Shown here: piece after piece, positions 23,213-32,811 of the stretch | How positions within the stretch are numbered: position 1 is the stretch's first letter | Layout of the letters: each line of letters opens with the position of its first letter | Position numbers and translations under genes: made by a program | NCBI GenBank assembly: GCA_963785725.1 | Contig: CAWAWS010000015.1 | Span: forward strand, 352,001 to 416,000 | Source: an uncultured delta proteobacterium | GTDB taxonomy: Bacteria > Myxococcota_A > Polyangia > Palsa-1104 | DNA: 64,000 bases | Reading direction: 5' to 3' | The notes under the pieces: generated by a model | What the model was told of the DNA's origin: nothing | The model's input: only the letters and a program-made list of their open reading frames with translations | Databases searched by the model: none

Positions 23213-24040
23213 CGTCCGCTCGAACGGACGAATCCGCTATATCAACTGCCGCGTACGCGCCCGCCAGGACGTCCGTTGGAGCGGATGAGTCCGCAATGAT
23301 CACCGCAGCGCGGCGCTGGCCTATCGTCCGCTCGAGCGGATGGATCTGCAATGACGACGGCGCAGTCGCCGCCGGCTGAGACGCCCGCTCGAACGGATGA
23401 ATCCGCCTCGGCGACGGGTAGAGCATAGAGCCGCGCGGGTAGAAACGTTCGCTCGAGCGGATAGATCCGCGACGACGACGGCGAGTCGGCGCGAGCAGAA
23501 GACGTCCGCTCGAACGGATGAGTCCGCCACGGCGACGCTGGCGTCGAGTCGTGTCCTTAAAACGTCCGCCAGAGCGGACAGATCAGCAATGACGACGGCG
23601 AGTCGGTTCTAGCAGAAGACGTCCGCTCGAACGGATCGGTCCGCCACGGTGACGCTGGCCTCGAGTAGGTGTCCTCAAAGGTCCGACAGATCGGACAGAT
23701 CGGACAGAATAGCAATGACGACGGCGAGTCGGCGCTTGCCGAGACGTCCGTTCGCGCCGATGGATCCGCAATGACGGCGGCAAAGTTGACGTTGGCGGAG
23801 ACAGCCGCTCGCGCGGCTGGAGCCTCAAAGACGACGGCATCGTGGCGTCCGTGCGTCGTCCGTTTCGACGGACGGATCCAGGTGCGACCCGCAGTCGCTG
23901 TCCGCTCGAACGGATGGATCCGCAATAGCGACTGCGTAGCTGGCGCCGGCGGAGGCGTCCGCCCCAGCGGACAAGTGTCGACCGATTTTCGCGCCGGGCT
24001 GTCGGCTGTCAGTCCGCGCTCGAACGGACGGATCCGCTAT
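23213..24040. repeat. Array of about 15 degenerate palindromic 28-nt cores with variable spacers (period about 57 bp)
   Basis: Consensus CGTCCGCTCGAACGGATGGATCCGCAAT at 23213, 23270, 23325, 23382, 23446, 23503, 23563, 23620, 23680, 23745, 23802, 23857, 23899, 23956 and about 24012. Confidence 0.85.
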
Positions 24041-24894
24041 GGCGACGGCGAGGCCGGCGGCGGCGGCGGCGCCGGCTTGGGCGGCTGCTGTCGGTCGCCG
24101 GCGCGGCCCGCGCGTGCCCAATCGGGGAACATCCCCGTGGGCTCGAACGCGCCCCCCTGCGCCGCCGGTCGCGCCACGCGCACCTGCCGCTGCACATGCT
24201 CCTCGCCGGCGCTGGCTGTGACCGTCACGTCGACGAGCGTCCGCAGCTGCGCCGACGCCAGCCCCGGCCGCGCTGCCACCGTCATCGACGCGCCCGGCGC
24301 CGCCAGCTCAGGCACCGTCGCGCCCAGCGCGAACGCAAAGACCCGCGCCGCCACATCCGGCGCCACCTCCGCCGGCGTCAGCAGGAACACGCCGGGCGGC
24401 TTCGGCACGTCAATCGGCAGCTCCGTCGTCGTCCCATTGCCGGCGGCGTCGAGCGCCGTCACCGTCGCCGCACGCTCGCCGGGCCAGATCCAGGCGAGCA
24501 GTCGCGCATGGCCGCCGGCATCGGCGCGCGCCGTCGTCCGTCGCCCGTGAATGACCGCCACGACCTGCGCGCCCGGCTCCGTCTCGATGGGAATTTCGGT
24601 GCGCGCGCCCAACGGCAGCGTCGTCGCCGTCGCATCCCCGGTGGCGTCGTTCCAAGCGGCCAGCAGCGCGTAACCCGGCGCGCCCGTCGCCGGCGGACGA
24701 TAATCGGCCTCGAAGCGGCCCTCGCCCGTCGCTTCGGGCGTCGAAATCGCCCCCGTCGAGCACCACAGCCGCAGCTGCTTCACGCCCGGCGCGTTCACGA
24801 CGACGTGCACCGCGGCCGCGCCTGCTTCGATCCGCACCGGCGTCGCCGCGACGAGGATCCGAATGGCCAAGAGCAGCGCGCTCACGACCGCCAC
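24037..24894 (-). CDS. Secreted hypothetical protein, Ig-like beta-rich
   Basis: Hydrophobic N-terminus, GRFEADYRPP, VTALDAAGN; SD GGGAGG upstream; exact start uncertain. Confidence 0.6.
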   Translation of the reverse strand: MAVVSALLLAIRILVAATPVRIEAGAAAVHVVVNAPGVKQLRLWCSTGAISTPEATGEGRFEADYRPPATGAPGYALLAAWNDATGDATATTLPLGARTEIPIETEPGAQVVAVIHGRRTTARADAGGHARLLAWIWPGERAATVTALDAAGNGTTTELPIDVPKPPGVFLLTPAEVAPDVAARVFAFALGATVPELAAPGASMTVAARPGLASAQLRTLVDVTVTASAGEEHVQRQVRVARPAAQGGAFEPTGMFPDWARAGRAGDRQQPPKPAPPPPPASPSP

Positions 24895-25136
24895 CGCCTC
24901 CCGCTACGCGCAATCGGTCGCACGATTCGTCGTCTGCTCTCGCGGTGTCCGTTCTGTCGATGAAGCGGGGCGCTAGGAACCATGAGCCCTCGCGCCAAAG
25001 CTGCGAACGCAACCAATATGACACCATTTCAACCCGTCGGCGGCCATCGCGAGGCGCCCGCGCTCGAATTACGCCGGCCAGCGGCGCCGACGCGCGCCTT
25101 GGCTCGCTTTGATGCTGTAACCGCCGCACCCGCTTG

Positions 25137-25640
25137 CGAGCGCGAAGTTGCCGCGCTCGTCGTCGCGTCAATCGCGCTCCCGACGAGCGGCCCGCGCCAC
25201 GAACGTAAGTCGCCGCTCGTCGTCGCATCAATTCGAGCTCCCGGCGGGCGTTGACGCTGCAGGCCGTCGGGTCCGCCCCCACGAGCGTGAATCGCCGGCC
25301 GCCGTCGCATCAATCGAGCTCCCGGCGGGCTTTGCCGGTGCCGTGGGCTCGCCCCGCGAACGCGAATTGCCGCTCGCCGTCGCATCAATCGAGCTCCCGG
25401 CGAGCTTTGCCGGTGCCGTGGGCTCGCCCCGCGAACGCGAATTGCCGCTCGCCGTTACATCAATCGTGCTCCGGCGGGCTTTGATGCTGCATCCGCCGGG
25501 CCCACCCCACGAACGCGAACTCGCTGCCCTTGTGCCGCCGGGCTCACCCCACGAACGCGAACTGCCGCTCGCGCCGGGCTCACCCACGAACGCCACTGCC
25601 GCCCGCCATCGCGCCCGCCGCACGAACGTGAATTGCCGTT
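25137..25640. repeat. Imperfect ~75-bp tandem repeat decaying into shorter units
   Basis: C(A/G)CGAACGCGAATTGCCGCTCGCCGTCGCATCAATCGAGCTCCCGGCG... at about 25137, 25198, 25280, 25355 and 25430; short CACGAACG units at 25508, 25550, 25585 and 25621. Confidence 0.85.
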
Positions 25641-25730
25641 AACGGAACGCGTCATTCGCCGCTGCCAATCGGCAAATTTGCCGCAAACTGCGCAGCCGGT
25701 TACAATCGAACCCGTGAGGCACGGCTCGTG

Positions 25731-26192
25731 ATGTCGCTGCCCGCCGGCGTAAGTGTTCGCCGCGCGCGCCCCGGAGACGCTTCGCACGTCTTCGGGCTCG
25801 TCGAGCAGTTGGGCTATCAGCCCGATCCGCGCGGCTACGACGAGACGTTCGCGCAGGTCGTCCGCCATCCCGAAGCCGCCGTATTCATCGCCGCCGAAGG
25901 CATGCGTGTCGTCGGCTACTTGGCCATGTCGCACCGCCCGCAGATCCGCTTGGGCGGACGCGCCGCCTACATCGACGAGCTCGTCGTCGCCGACAAACGC
26001 CGCGGCGAAGGCGTCGGCTCGGCGCTCCTGCAAGCGGCCCTCGACTACGCGCGCGGCCTCGGCTGTATGCGCGTCGACCTGCACACGGCGCGGGCGCGCC
26101 AGAGCTACGCGCGCGGCTTCTACGTCGGCCACGGCTTCGCCGAGGTCGAGTCGGCCGTGCTGCGGCTCAGTCTGGCCCGTACGCGAACGTGA
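25731..26192 (+). CDS. GNAT-family N-acetyltransferase
   Basis: LVEQLGY, IDELVV...RRGEGVGSALL, ARGFYVGHGF. Confidence 0.88.
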   Translation: MSLPAGVSVRRARPGDASHVFGLVEQLGYQPDPRGYDETFAQVVRHPEAAVFIAAEGMRVVGYLAMSHRPQIRLGGRAAYIDELVVADKRRGEGVGSALLQAALDYARGLGCMRVDLHTARARQSYARGFYVGHGFAEVESAVLRLSLARTRT

Positions 26193-26554
26193 AAATCCTT
26201 CTCGTCGACGACGATCCGGGCATCCTCGAGGTCATGTCGAAGATGCTCGGCCACCGCGGCCACAGCGTGCAGACGTGTCCGACGCCGTTCGGTGTGTCGG
26301 CGACGATCGTGCGCGATCCGCCGGACGTGGTCGTGCTCGACGTCATGATGCCGGGCCTCGGCGGCGCCGCGCTGGCGACGTTGATAGCGAAGCTGGAGCT
26401 GCCGCGGGTGCCGCGCATGATCTTGTGGTCGGCGGTGGACGACGATGCGTTGCGCACGGCGAGCCGCGAAGCGGGCGGCGTGGCGACGGTGTCGAAGGCG
26501 ATGCGCGCGTCCGAAATCGCGACGGCGATCGAACGCATCGGCGCGCGCGCGTAG
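26189..26554 (+). CDS. Stand-alone response regulator receiver domain
   Basis: KILLVDDD, PDVVVLDVMMPGLGG, ILWS, SK; GTGA overlap with the GNAT gene. Confidence 0.9.
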   Translation: MKILLVDDDPGILEVMSKMLGHRGHSVQTCPTPFGVSATIVRDPPDVVVLDVMMPGLGGAALATLIAKLELPRVPRMILWSAVDDDALRTASREAGGVATVSKAMRASEIATAIERIGARA

Positions 26555-27068
26555 CCTTTCGCCGCGCGGAAGTCCGCGCTCGGTTCAAACCATCTGGCCG
26601 CGTCGCGGTCGTCGTACTCCACGCGTCAACGCCGTAGAGGAGTTGGTCGAGAAGCTGTTCTCCGTCGGAGAGCGACTGCCGCGGCGGCTGCAGGAGCGAT
26701 CGTGGCCGCCGATTTCGCCGTCGGGTCGCGGCTGTGGCGGCTGATCGACGACGACGAGCCGTTCAACGTCGACGCGCGCAGCAAAGGCTGGGCCTCGTTA
26801 CCCGCCGTGGCTGGTGCGGCAGCGGCAACAAGAACGAGCACTGCCACCTCGCCGCCGACGCGCAGCACGATCGCGAGCCCGCCGATTAGCACTCCGACCG
26901 CACCAAGCTAATCGGCAGTCGCACCGATTCGCGCGCACTGATTCGCGCGCGAGGCGAGTCGTGCGAATGACGCGCCGTCGATGGCCGCCCGAGTCGACCG
27001 CGCGCTCCGTGCCAGCAGGCTGAAGACAGCTGCGCCAAACGGGCGCGCGGCTTCAGCTACTGCACCGG

Positions 27069-28577
27069 TCATTCTTTCGGCTGCTCCTCCGACCCGTCAC
27101 CCGTCGGCGCCGACGCGCCATCCTTCGCGGCCGATGTCCCATCCTTCTTCGCCGCCGCCACGCCGCTCGTCGGCGCCGCGTCGTGTCGATGAAACGTGAC
27201 CTCCGGATCCCCATCGCCCAGCAGCAACGTCGTGAACCCATAGCCGCGCGCGCTCGCCTTCGGCCACGGCCCCGCGTGCGTCGCCGCCTGCGTCGTCACC
27301 ATCGCCGCCTTGCCGTGAATCGCCGCCGCCACGCCGTCGCCCGCGCCATCCGGCCAGCGCACGAACCCGAGCCCGCCAATCCCGCCGAGGCCATGCTCCA
27401 CCGGCTCCGCCTCGAACACGTCGTCCCAATGGGTATGTCCCGCCAAATGTAGGACCCGCTGCCCATGCGTCGCCGCGACCAACAGCATGCGCTCGAACGC
27501 GTCGTGCCCGTCGCGCATGTGCCCGAAGAGGCCGGCCTGCGACGGCGACGACTCGCCCGTCAGCACCGTCCGCGACGGCGCGTGGCTGAACAGCACGACG
27601 CCGCGCGTGCCCGACTTGGCCGCGCCGTCGAGCGCCCGCGTCAGCTGCGCGATCGTCTCCGGCGAGAGCCCACGCGTCAGGATCCGCGGCGACAGCGTCG
27701 ACGGCCCCGAGTCGAACCCGATGAAGCGATAGCCGCCCAGCTCGAGCTCGAACTCCAGGAACGGATGGAACGCGCGCGCGAAATTCTCCCAGCCCGCGCC
27801 GTACTGCTTGCCGACGAAGGTGCGAAACCCGATGTCGTGGTTGCCGATCACGATCGCCACCGGCGCCTTCAACCCGACGAGCAGCGCTTGCGCTCGCGGC
27901 GGCAGCGTCGCGTCGGTGCCTTGGTTCACGATGTCGCCGGTGATGAGGATGAGATCGGGCGCCTCCGCGTTCACCTCGTCGATGACCTGCTTCAGGTGCT
28001 CCTCGACCGCGTCCACGTGCTTGCCGATGTGGATGTCGCTCAGCTGCACGACTTTGACGTGGGCGAGCTGCGCCGGATCGTCGGCGCGCAGCCAGACCGC
28101 GCGCGGCGTCCGCGTCGGCGCGTCGCACGACGGGTGCAGATAGAGGTCGTACGCGCCCGGCGGCGCGGTCGCCGGCGCCGTCATCCGCACGCGCTCGACC
28201 GTCGGCGCCACGGCCTTACGGTCGACCGTCGTCAGCGCGAGCAGCTGGCAGCCGTCGATGACGGCGCCGCCGAGGCAGCGTTCGGCCGCCACGGCGTCGA
28301 CATCGGGCCGTACGAGCGCCGCGCGCACGGCGGTCGGCCCGCCGCGTTCGAGCAGCTCGACGGCGATCGCCGCGCCGGTCTGCGCGATCGCCGGCAGCCC
28401 GAAGCGCGGTCGCAACAGCCCCGCGTCATGCGCCAAATCGGGATCGCCATCGGCGGGATAGAAGGCGCGATAGTTCGCTGCCACCGACGTCAGCACCAGA
28501 TCCTGCCGATGCACCGCCAACGGCGCCGCGCAGCCGGCAGCCACCGTCGCGAGCAGCAAAGCCGCGCGTCGAAGCAT
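27069..28577 (-). CDS. Calcineurin-like metallophosphoesterase lipoprotein
   Basis: VAAGC lipobox; SDIH, TGDIV, GNHD, SH, AGHTH motifs. Confidence 0.85.
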   Translation of the reverse strand: MLRRAALLLATVAAGCAAPLAVHRQDLVLTSVAANYRAFYPADGDPDLAHDAGLLRPRFGLPAIAQTGAAIAVELLERGGPTAVRAALVRPDVDAVAAERCLGGAVIDGCQLLALTTVDRKAVAPTVERVRMTAPATAPPGAYDLYLHPSCDAPTRTPRAVWLRADDPAQLAHVKVVQLSDIHIGKHVDAVEEHLKQVIDEVNAEAPDLILITGDIVNQGTDATLPPRAQALLVGLKAPVAIVIGNHDIGFRTFVGKQYGAGWENFARAFHPFLEFELELGGYRFIGFDSGPSTLSPRILTRGLSPETIAQLTRALDGAAKSGTRGVVLFSHAPSRTVLTGESSPSQAGLFGHMRDGHDAFERMLLVAATHGQRVLHLAGHTHWDDVFEAEPVEHGLGGIGGLGFVRWPDGAGDGVAAAIHGKAAMVTTQAATHAGPWPKASARGYGFTTLLLGDGDPEVTFHRHDAAPTSGVAAAKKDGTSAAKDGASAPTGDGSEEQPKE

Positions 28578-28632
28578 TGCCGAGAGTATGACCGAGGATT
28601 TCGCCGACGCCTGCGTCGACGACGAGGCGAGC

Positions 28633-29265
28633 TTAGTTGGCGGGAGCGGGCGCGGCCGGCTTGGCCGGAGCGTCAGACTTCGACGACTTCGCAGCCGGAG
28701 CATCGGACTTGGCGGCCGGAGCATCGGACTTGGCGGCGGGCGCATCGGACTTGGCGGCGGGCGCATCGGACTTGGCGGCGGGCGTCGCAGCCTTGCCGTC
28801 GTCCTTCGCCGTGTCGGCCGGCGCCGTGCCCTTGGTCGTCGCGGGCGCCGTCGTGTCGCCGGCAGGCGTCGTCGTCGTGTCGCCCGCCGCCGCCGGCGTG
28901 ACTGTCACCGACTTGGCGCGCTCGGCGGCATCCTTCTGCACCTTGGCGTCGCCGGCCTTGGCATCGTCCGCCTTCTTCTGCTCGGCCGCCTGCTTCTGCT
29001 TCTGCGCCGTCAGCTTTTGCAAGCGCGACGAGTCCGACTGGCTCGCGAAGTACGCCAGCGTGATCGACGTCAGCATGAACACGATCGCCGTCCCCGCCGT
29101 CAGCTTCTCGAGGAACGAGCCGGCGCCGCGTCCACCGAACACCTGCGACGAGGTCGACGAGCCGAATGCGATACCCACGCCGCCGCCCTTGCCCGCCTGT
29201 AAAAGCACGACGAGAATCAAGAACAAGCAGACGAAAACATGAATGATCGTAATTAGTGTAACCAT
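28633..29265 (-). CDS. secG: Preprotein translocase subunit SecG with long low-complexity tail
   Basis: LILVVLLQAGKGGG...FG...FLEKLT, two TM helices; lies directly after tpiA. Confidence 0.93.
   Translation of the reverse strand: MVTLITIIHVFVCLFLILVVLLQAGKGGGVGIAFGSSTSSQVFGGRGAGSFLEKLTAGTAIVFMLTSITLAYFASQSDSSRLQKLTAQKQKQAAEQKKADDAKAGDAKVQKDAAERAKSVTVTPAAAGDTTTTPAGDTTAPATTKGTAPADTAKDDGKAATPAAKSDAPAAKSDAPAAKSDAPAAKSDAPAAKSSKSDAPAKPAAPAPAN
28700..28783. repeat. 21-bp coding tandem repeat x4 in secG (PAAKSDA)
   Basis: GCATCGGACTTGGCGGC(C/G)GG repeated four times. Confidence 0.9.
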
Positions 29266-29267
29266 TG

Positions 29268-30029
29268 CTAGCTGTTCCTATACTTCACGATCTTGAGAAA
29301 GTCATCCGCTTTCAGCGACGCGCCGCCCACCAGCGCGCCGTCGATGTCGGCCTGTCCCATGAGCTGCGCCGCGTTGTCCGGCTTGACGCTGCCGCCGTAC
29401 TGAATGCGCACGCGCTGCGCGACATCCGCGAACTGTTCCGAGAGCTTACCGCGAATGAACTGATGCATCTCTTGCGCTTGCTGCGGCGTCGCCGTGCGGC
29501 CCGTTCCGATGGCCCAAACCGGCTCGTAGGCGATGACGAGCCGCTCGGCATCCGCCGCCGTCAGCCCCGCCAAACCGCCTTCGAGATGGCGGCGCACGAC
29601 GTGAAAAGCCTCGCCCGCGTCGCGCTCGGCCAGCGTCTCGCCGACGCACAAGATCGGGTCGAGCCCGTTGCGCAGCGCCGCTTTGACCTTCAGGTTCGCG
29701 CTCGCGTCGAGCTCGCCGAAGTGCTGGCGGCGCTCGGAGTGGGCGATGATGACGTACTTACAGCCGACATCTTTCAATAGCTTGCAGGAGACCTCGCCCG
29801 TCCAGGCGCCTTGGTCTTCCCAAAAGCAGTTCTGCGCCGCCAGCGCCACCGACGAGCCTTCGAGCCGCTTGGCGACCGCGTGCAGCGCCGTGAACACCGG
29901 CGCCACGGCGACTTCGACATCGCGCACCGGTCCGACGGCGTTCTTGATCGCCGTCGCCAGCTCGAGCGACTCGGCGATCGTTTTGTGCAGCTTCCAGTTG
30001 CCGCAGATGAGCTTCGTCCGCTCGCTCAT
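29268..30029 (-). CDS. tpiA: Triosephosphate isomerase
   Basis: [38 protein letters not shown]. Confidence 0.98.
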   Translation of the reverse strand: MSERTKLICGNWKLHKTIAESLELATAIKNAVGPVRDVEVAVAPVFTALHAVAKRLEGSSVALAAQNCFWEDQGAWTGEVSCKLLKDVGCKYVIIAHSERRQHFGELDASANLKVKAALRNGLDPILCVGETLAERDAGEAFHVVRRHLEGGLAGLTAADAERLVIAYEPVWAIGTGRTATPQQAQEMHQFIRGKLSEQFADVAQRVRIQYGGSVKPDNAAQLMGQADIDGALVGGASLKADDFLKIVKYRNS

Positions 30030-30057
30030 GGTTGCACGCTCACGTCCGCGTGCTCGC

Positions 30058-31242
30058 TCACCCGGCGACCTCGAGCGCGGCGATGCCGGGCAGCGTCTTG
30101 CCTTCGATGAACTCGAGCGAGGCGCCGCCGCCGGTCGAGATGTGCTTGATGTCGCCGGCGAGGCCCATTTCGTTGACCGCCGCCACCGAGTCGCCGCCGC
30201 CGACGACCGTCAAGCCGCGGCAAGCCGCGACGGCTTTGGCGACCGCCAACGTTCCGGCGGCGAACGGCTTCTTCTCGAACACGCCCATCGGGCCGTTCCA
30301 GAAAACGGTGCGGGCGCGGGCGATGCGATCGGCGAACGCCGCCGCGGCGCGCGGTCCGATGTCGAGCGCCATCAACTCCGCCGGCACTGTCGTCGCTGCG
30401 CACGCTCGTGCCCGACGTCGCGTCGAGCCCCGCGGCCGCGATGACGTCTTCGGGCAACACGACATCGACGCTGCGATCTTCGGCGCGCTTCAAGAACGTG
30501 CGCGCGACGGCGAGCTTGTCCTCTTCGACGCGCGACTTGCCGACGTTGCCGCCTTTGGCCTTCAGGAACGTGTTGGCCATGGCGCCGCCGATGAGGAACG
30601 CGTTGACGCGGCCGAGGAGGTTCTCGAGCACGGCGATCTTGTCCGAGACCTTGGCGCCACCGAGGACGGCGATGTACGGCCGCTCGACTTCACCGAGCAG
30701 CTTGCCGAGAAACTGCACTTCCTTTTGCATGAGCAAGCCGGCGCCCTTTTCGGCGATGTACTTGATCATGCCGACCGTCGACGCGTGCGCGCGATGCGCC
30801 GTGCCGAACGCGTCGTTGACGTAGACGTCGGCGTAGGACGCCAGCTGGCGCGCGAAGCGCGTCGTCGTTGGCCTCTTCGCCCGGGAAAAAGCGCAGGTTC
30901 TCGAGCAGCGCCACGTCGCCGTCGCGCAGATCGTTGACCACTTTGCGCGCGCCGTCGCCGACCGCTTCGTCGGTGAGCAGCACCTCTTTGCCGAGCAGCT
31001 CGGCCAGGCGAACGCCTACCGGCTCTAGCGACAACGCCGGCGTCGGACCCTTGGGACGGCCGAGGTGCGACGCCAAGAATCACGCGCGCGCCGCGCTTGA
31101 CCGCCTCTTGAATCGTCGGCAGCGACGCCTTGATGCGCGAGTCGTCGGCGACGCCACGCGCGGGCGTCAGCGGCACGTTGAAGTCGACGCGAATGAAGAC
31201 CCGCCTGCCCTCGATGGGCAGGTCGGAGATGGACTTGATCAT
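30058..31242 (-). CDS. pgk: Phosphoglycerate kinase (three single-base insertions near 31078, 30858 and 30388)
   Basis: RVDFNVP / SHLGRP...LLENLRF / LGGAKVSDK...GGAMA / DIGP...WNGPMGVFE...GGGDS...STGGGASLE spread over four ORF fragments between gap and tpiA. Confidence 0.95.
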
Positions 31243-31268
31243 GACGACCTCGCCAGCTGGGAAAGTGT

Positions 31269-32285
31269 TTAGAGGCCCTTGTTGGCGACGTACTTGGTCA
31301 GCTCGTAGAGCCGCGTGGCGTAGCCGGTCTCGTTGTCGTACCAGGCCACGACCTTGGCCAAGTCGCCGATGACGATCGTCGACTGCAGATCGACCGAGGC
31401 CGAGTGCGCGTCGCCGTTGAAGTCGATCGAGACCAGCGGCTCGTCGCTGACCGCGAGCACGCCCATGTACGAAGGATTCGCCGCCGCCTTCTTGAAGGCG
31501 TCGTTGATCGCTTCCTTCGTCGCCGGCTTCTCGGTGCGCACGGTCAAGTCGACCATCGACACGTTCGGCGTCGGCACGCGCACGGCGAAGCCATCGAGCT
31601 TGCCCTTGAGCGCCGGCAGGACCTCCGACAGCGCCTTGGCCGCGCCCGTCGTCGTCGGAATCTGCGACATCGCCGCCGCGCGCGCGCGCCGCAGATCCTT
31701 GTGCGGGACGTCGAGGATGACCTGATCGTTGGTGTACGAGTGCACCGTCGTCATGAGGCCGTGCACGATGCCGAACGTCTCGTGCAGCACCTTGGCGACC
31801 GGCGCCAGGCAGTTGGTCGTGCACGACGCGTTGGAGATGATGTGGTGCTTCTTGGCGTCGTAGGACTCGAAGTTGATGCCGATCGCCAGCGTCACGTCGT
31901 GGCCCTTGGCCGGCGCCGAGATGAGCACCTTCTTGACGCTGCCCGAGACGTGCTGCTTGGCCTTGTCGCCGTCGGTGAAGCGGCCCGTCGCCTCGATGAC
32001 GATGTCGACCTTGTGCTCACTCCACGGAATCTTGGCCGGATCCTTCTCGGCGATGATGGTGATCGCCTTGCCGTCGACGATGATCTTGCCGTCGGCCGCT
32101 TCGACCTTGCCCGGATAGCGACCGTGAACCGAGTCGTGACGGAGGAGGTGAGCCAGCGTCTTCGCATCGGTCAGATCATTGACTGCCACCACTTCGAGGT
32201 CGTTCGCGTAGCCGGCGGCTTGCCAGGCCCGCAAAAACGAACGCCCAATGCGACCGAAGCCGTTGATTCCGATGCGAGTTGCCAT
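31269..32285 (-). CDS. gap: Type I glyceraldehyde-3-phosphate dehydrogenase
   Basis: GINGFGRIGR, SNASCTTNCLAP, TGAAKA, RVPT, WYDNE. Confidence 0.98.
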   Translation of the reverse strand: MATRIGINGFGRIGRSFLRAWQAAGYANDLEVVAVNDLTDAKTLAHLLRHDSVHGRYPGKVEAADGKIIVDGKAITIIAEKDPAKIPWSEHKVDIVIEATGRFTDGDKAKQHVSGSVKKVLISAPAKGHDVTLAIGINFESYDAKKHHIISNASCTTNCLAPVAKVLHETFGIVHGLMTTVHSYTNDQVILDVPHKDLRRARAAAMSQIPTTTGAAKALSEVLPALKGKLDGFAVRVPTPNVSMVDLTVRTEKPATKEAINDAFKKAAANPSYMGVLAVSDEPLVSIDFNGDAHSASVDLQSTIVIGDLAKVVAWYDNETGYATRLYELTKYVANKGL

Positions 32286-32311
32286 GTTCTATTTATTCCT
32301 CCGCGGGCAGG

Positions 32312-32340
32312 ACCATAAATCCCGATCGGTCTGCCGTCAA
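32312..32340 (-). promoter_or_regulatory. sigma70-like promoter of the gap operon
   Basis: Minus strand TTGACG, 17-bp spacer, TATGGT, followed by SD GGAGGA. Confidence 0.6.
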
Positions 32341-32366
32341 CAGAGGTTGAGGAGAATTCGTAACTC

Positions 32367-32567
32367 TTACTTGGGTGACGAGTCGGGCTTGATCTCGGTC
32401 GTAATCAGTCCAATCAGCTCGCTGGATAGGGCGACGATCTGTCGCGTCTCGTATCCGCTCTCGCGCAGCTGACGATAGATGCTCTTGGCGAGAATTTTGA
32501 CCGCCTTGTCGCGCTCGCCGCGGGATTGCGGCCCTTCCAACGCCATGCGGTCCAACAGTTGAGCCAT
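32367..32567 (-). CDS. Small helical hypothetical protein (66 aa)
   Basis: SD GGGAGG; MAQLLDR...KAVKILAKSIYRQLRESGYETRQIVALSSELIGLIT, amphipathic and protein-like. Confidence 0.7.
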   Translation of the reverse strand: MAQLLDRMALEGPQSRGERDKAVKILAKSIYRQLRESGYETRQIVALSSELIGLITTEIKPDSSPK

Positions 32568-32811
32568 GCTCTCGTAACCCTCCCTATTTCGCCCTGACCG
32601 CCCCGATCGACTGGGACGTGTCGCGCACCACGCACTGCACGGGATATGCCGTGTTTCTGACGCGGGGCGCAATATCGCAAGATCATGAATAAATTATGGT
32701 CGGACCATTGTTCCGCGAACCTGGCTACGCACTTCGACGGCGAAAGCAGGGCGGGGGTGCGAAGCGCATTGCGCAGGCAAAAGCAACGCGGCTGTGGTAG
32801 CGGAGTGACCC

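Noticed and set aside
22745..23925. Repeat-protein ORFs across the arrays
   Set aside because: Unit lengths of 19, 55, 64 and 65 bp break the frame, and stops interrupt the ORFs.
23213..24040. Calling the array a bona fide CRISPR
   Set aside because: Cores are too divergent, spacers are partly homologous and uneven, and there is no AT-rich leader or cas gene in the window. Reported as a repeat instead.
26625..26800. Gene remnant (AVEELVEKLFSVGERLPRRLQER.../LWRLIDDDEPFNVDARSKGWA)
   Set aside because: Protein-like fragments in two frames without a start or an identifiable family; too weak to call.
30058..31242. pgk pseudogene or programmed frameshifting
   Set aside because: No slippery sites or stops, all motifs intact, and the same +1 pattern occurs in other genes; sequencing error is more parsimonious.
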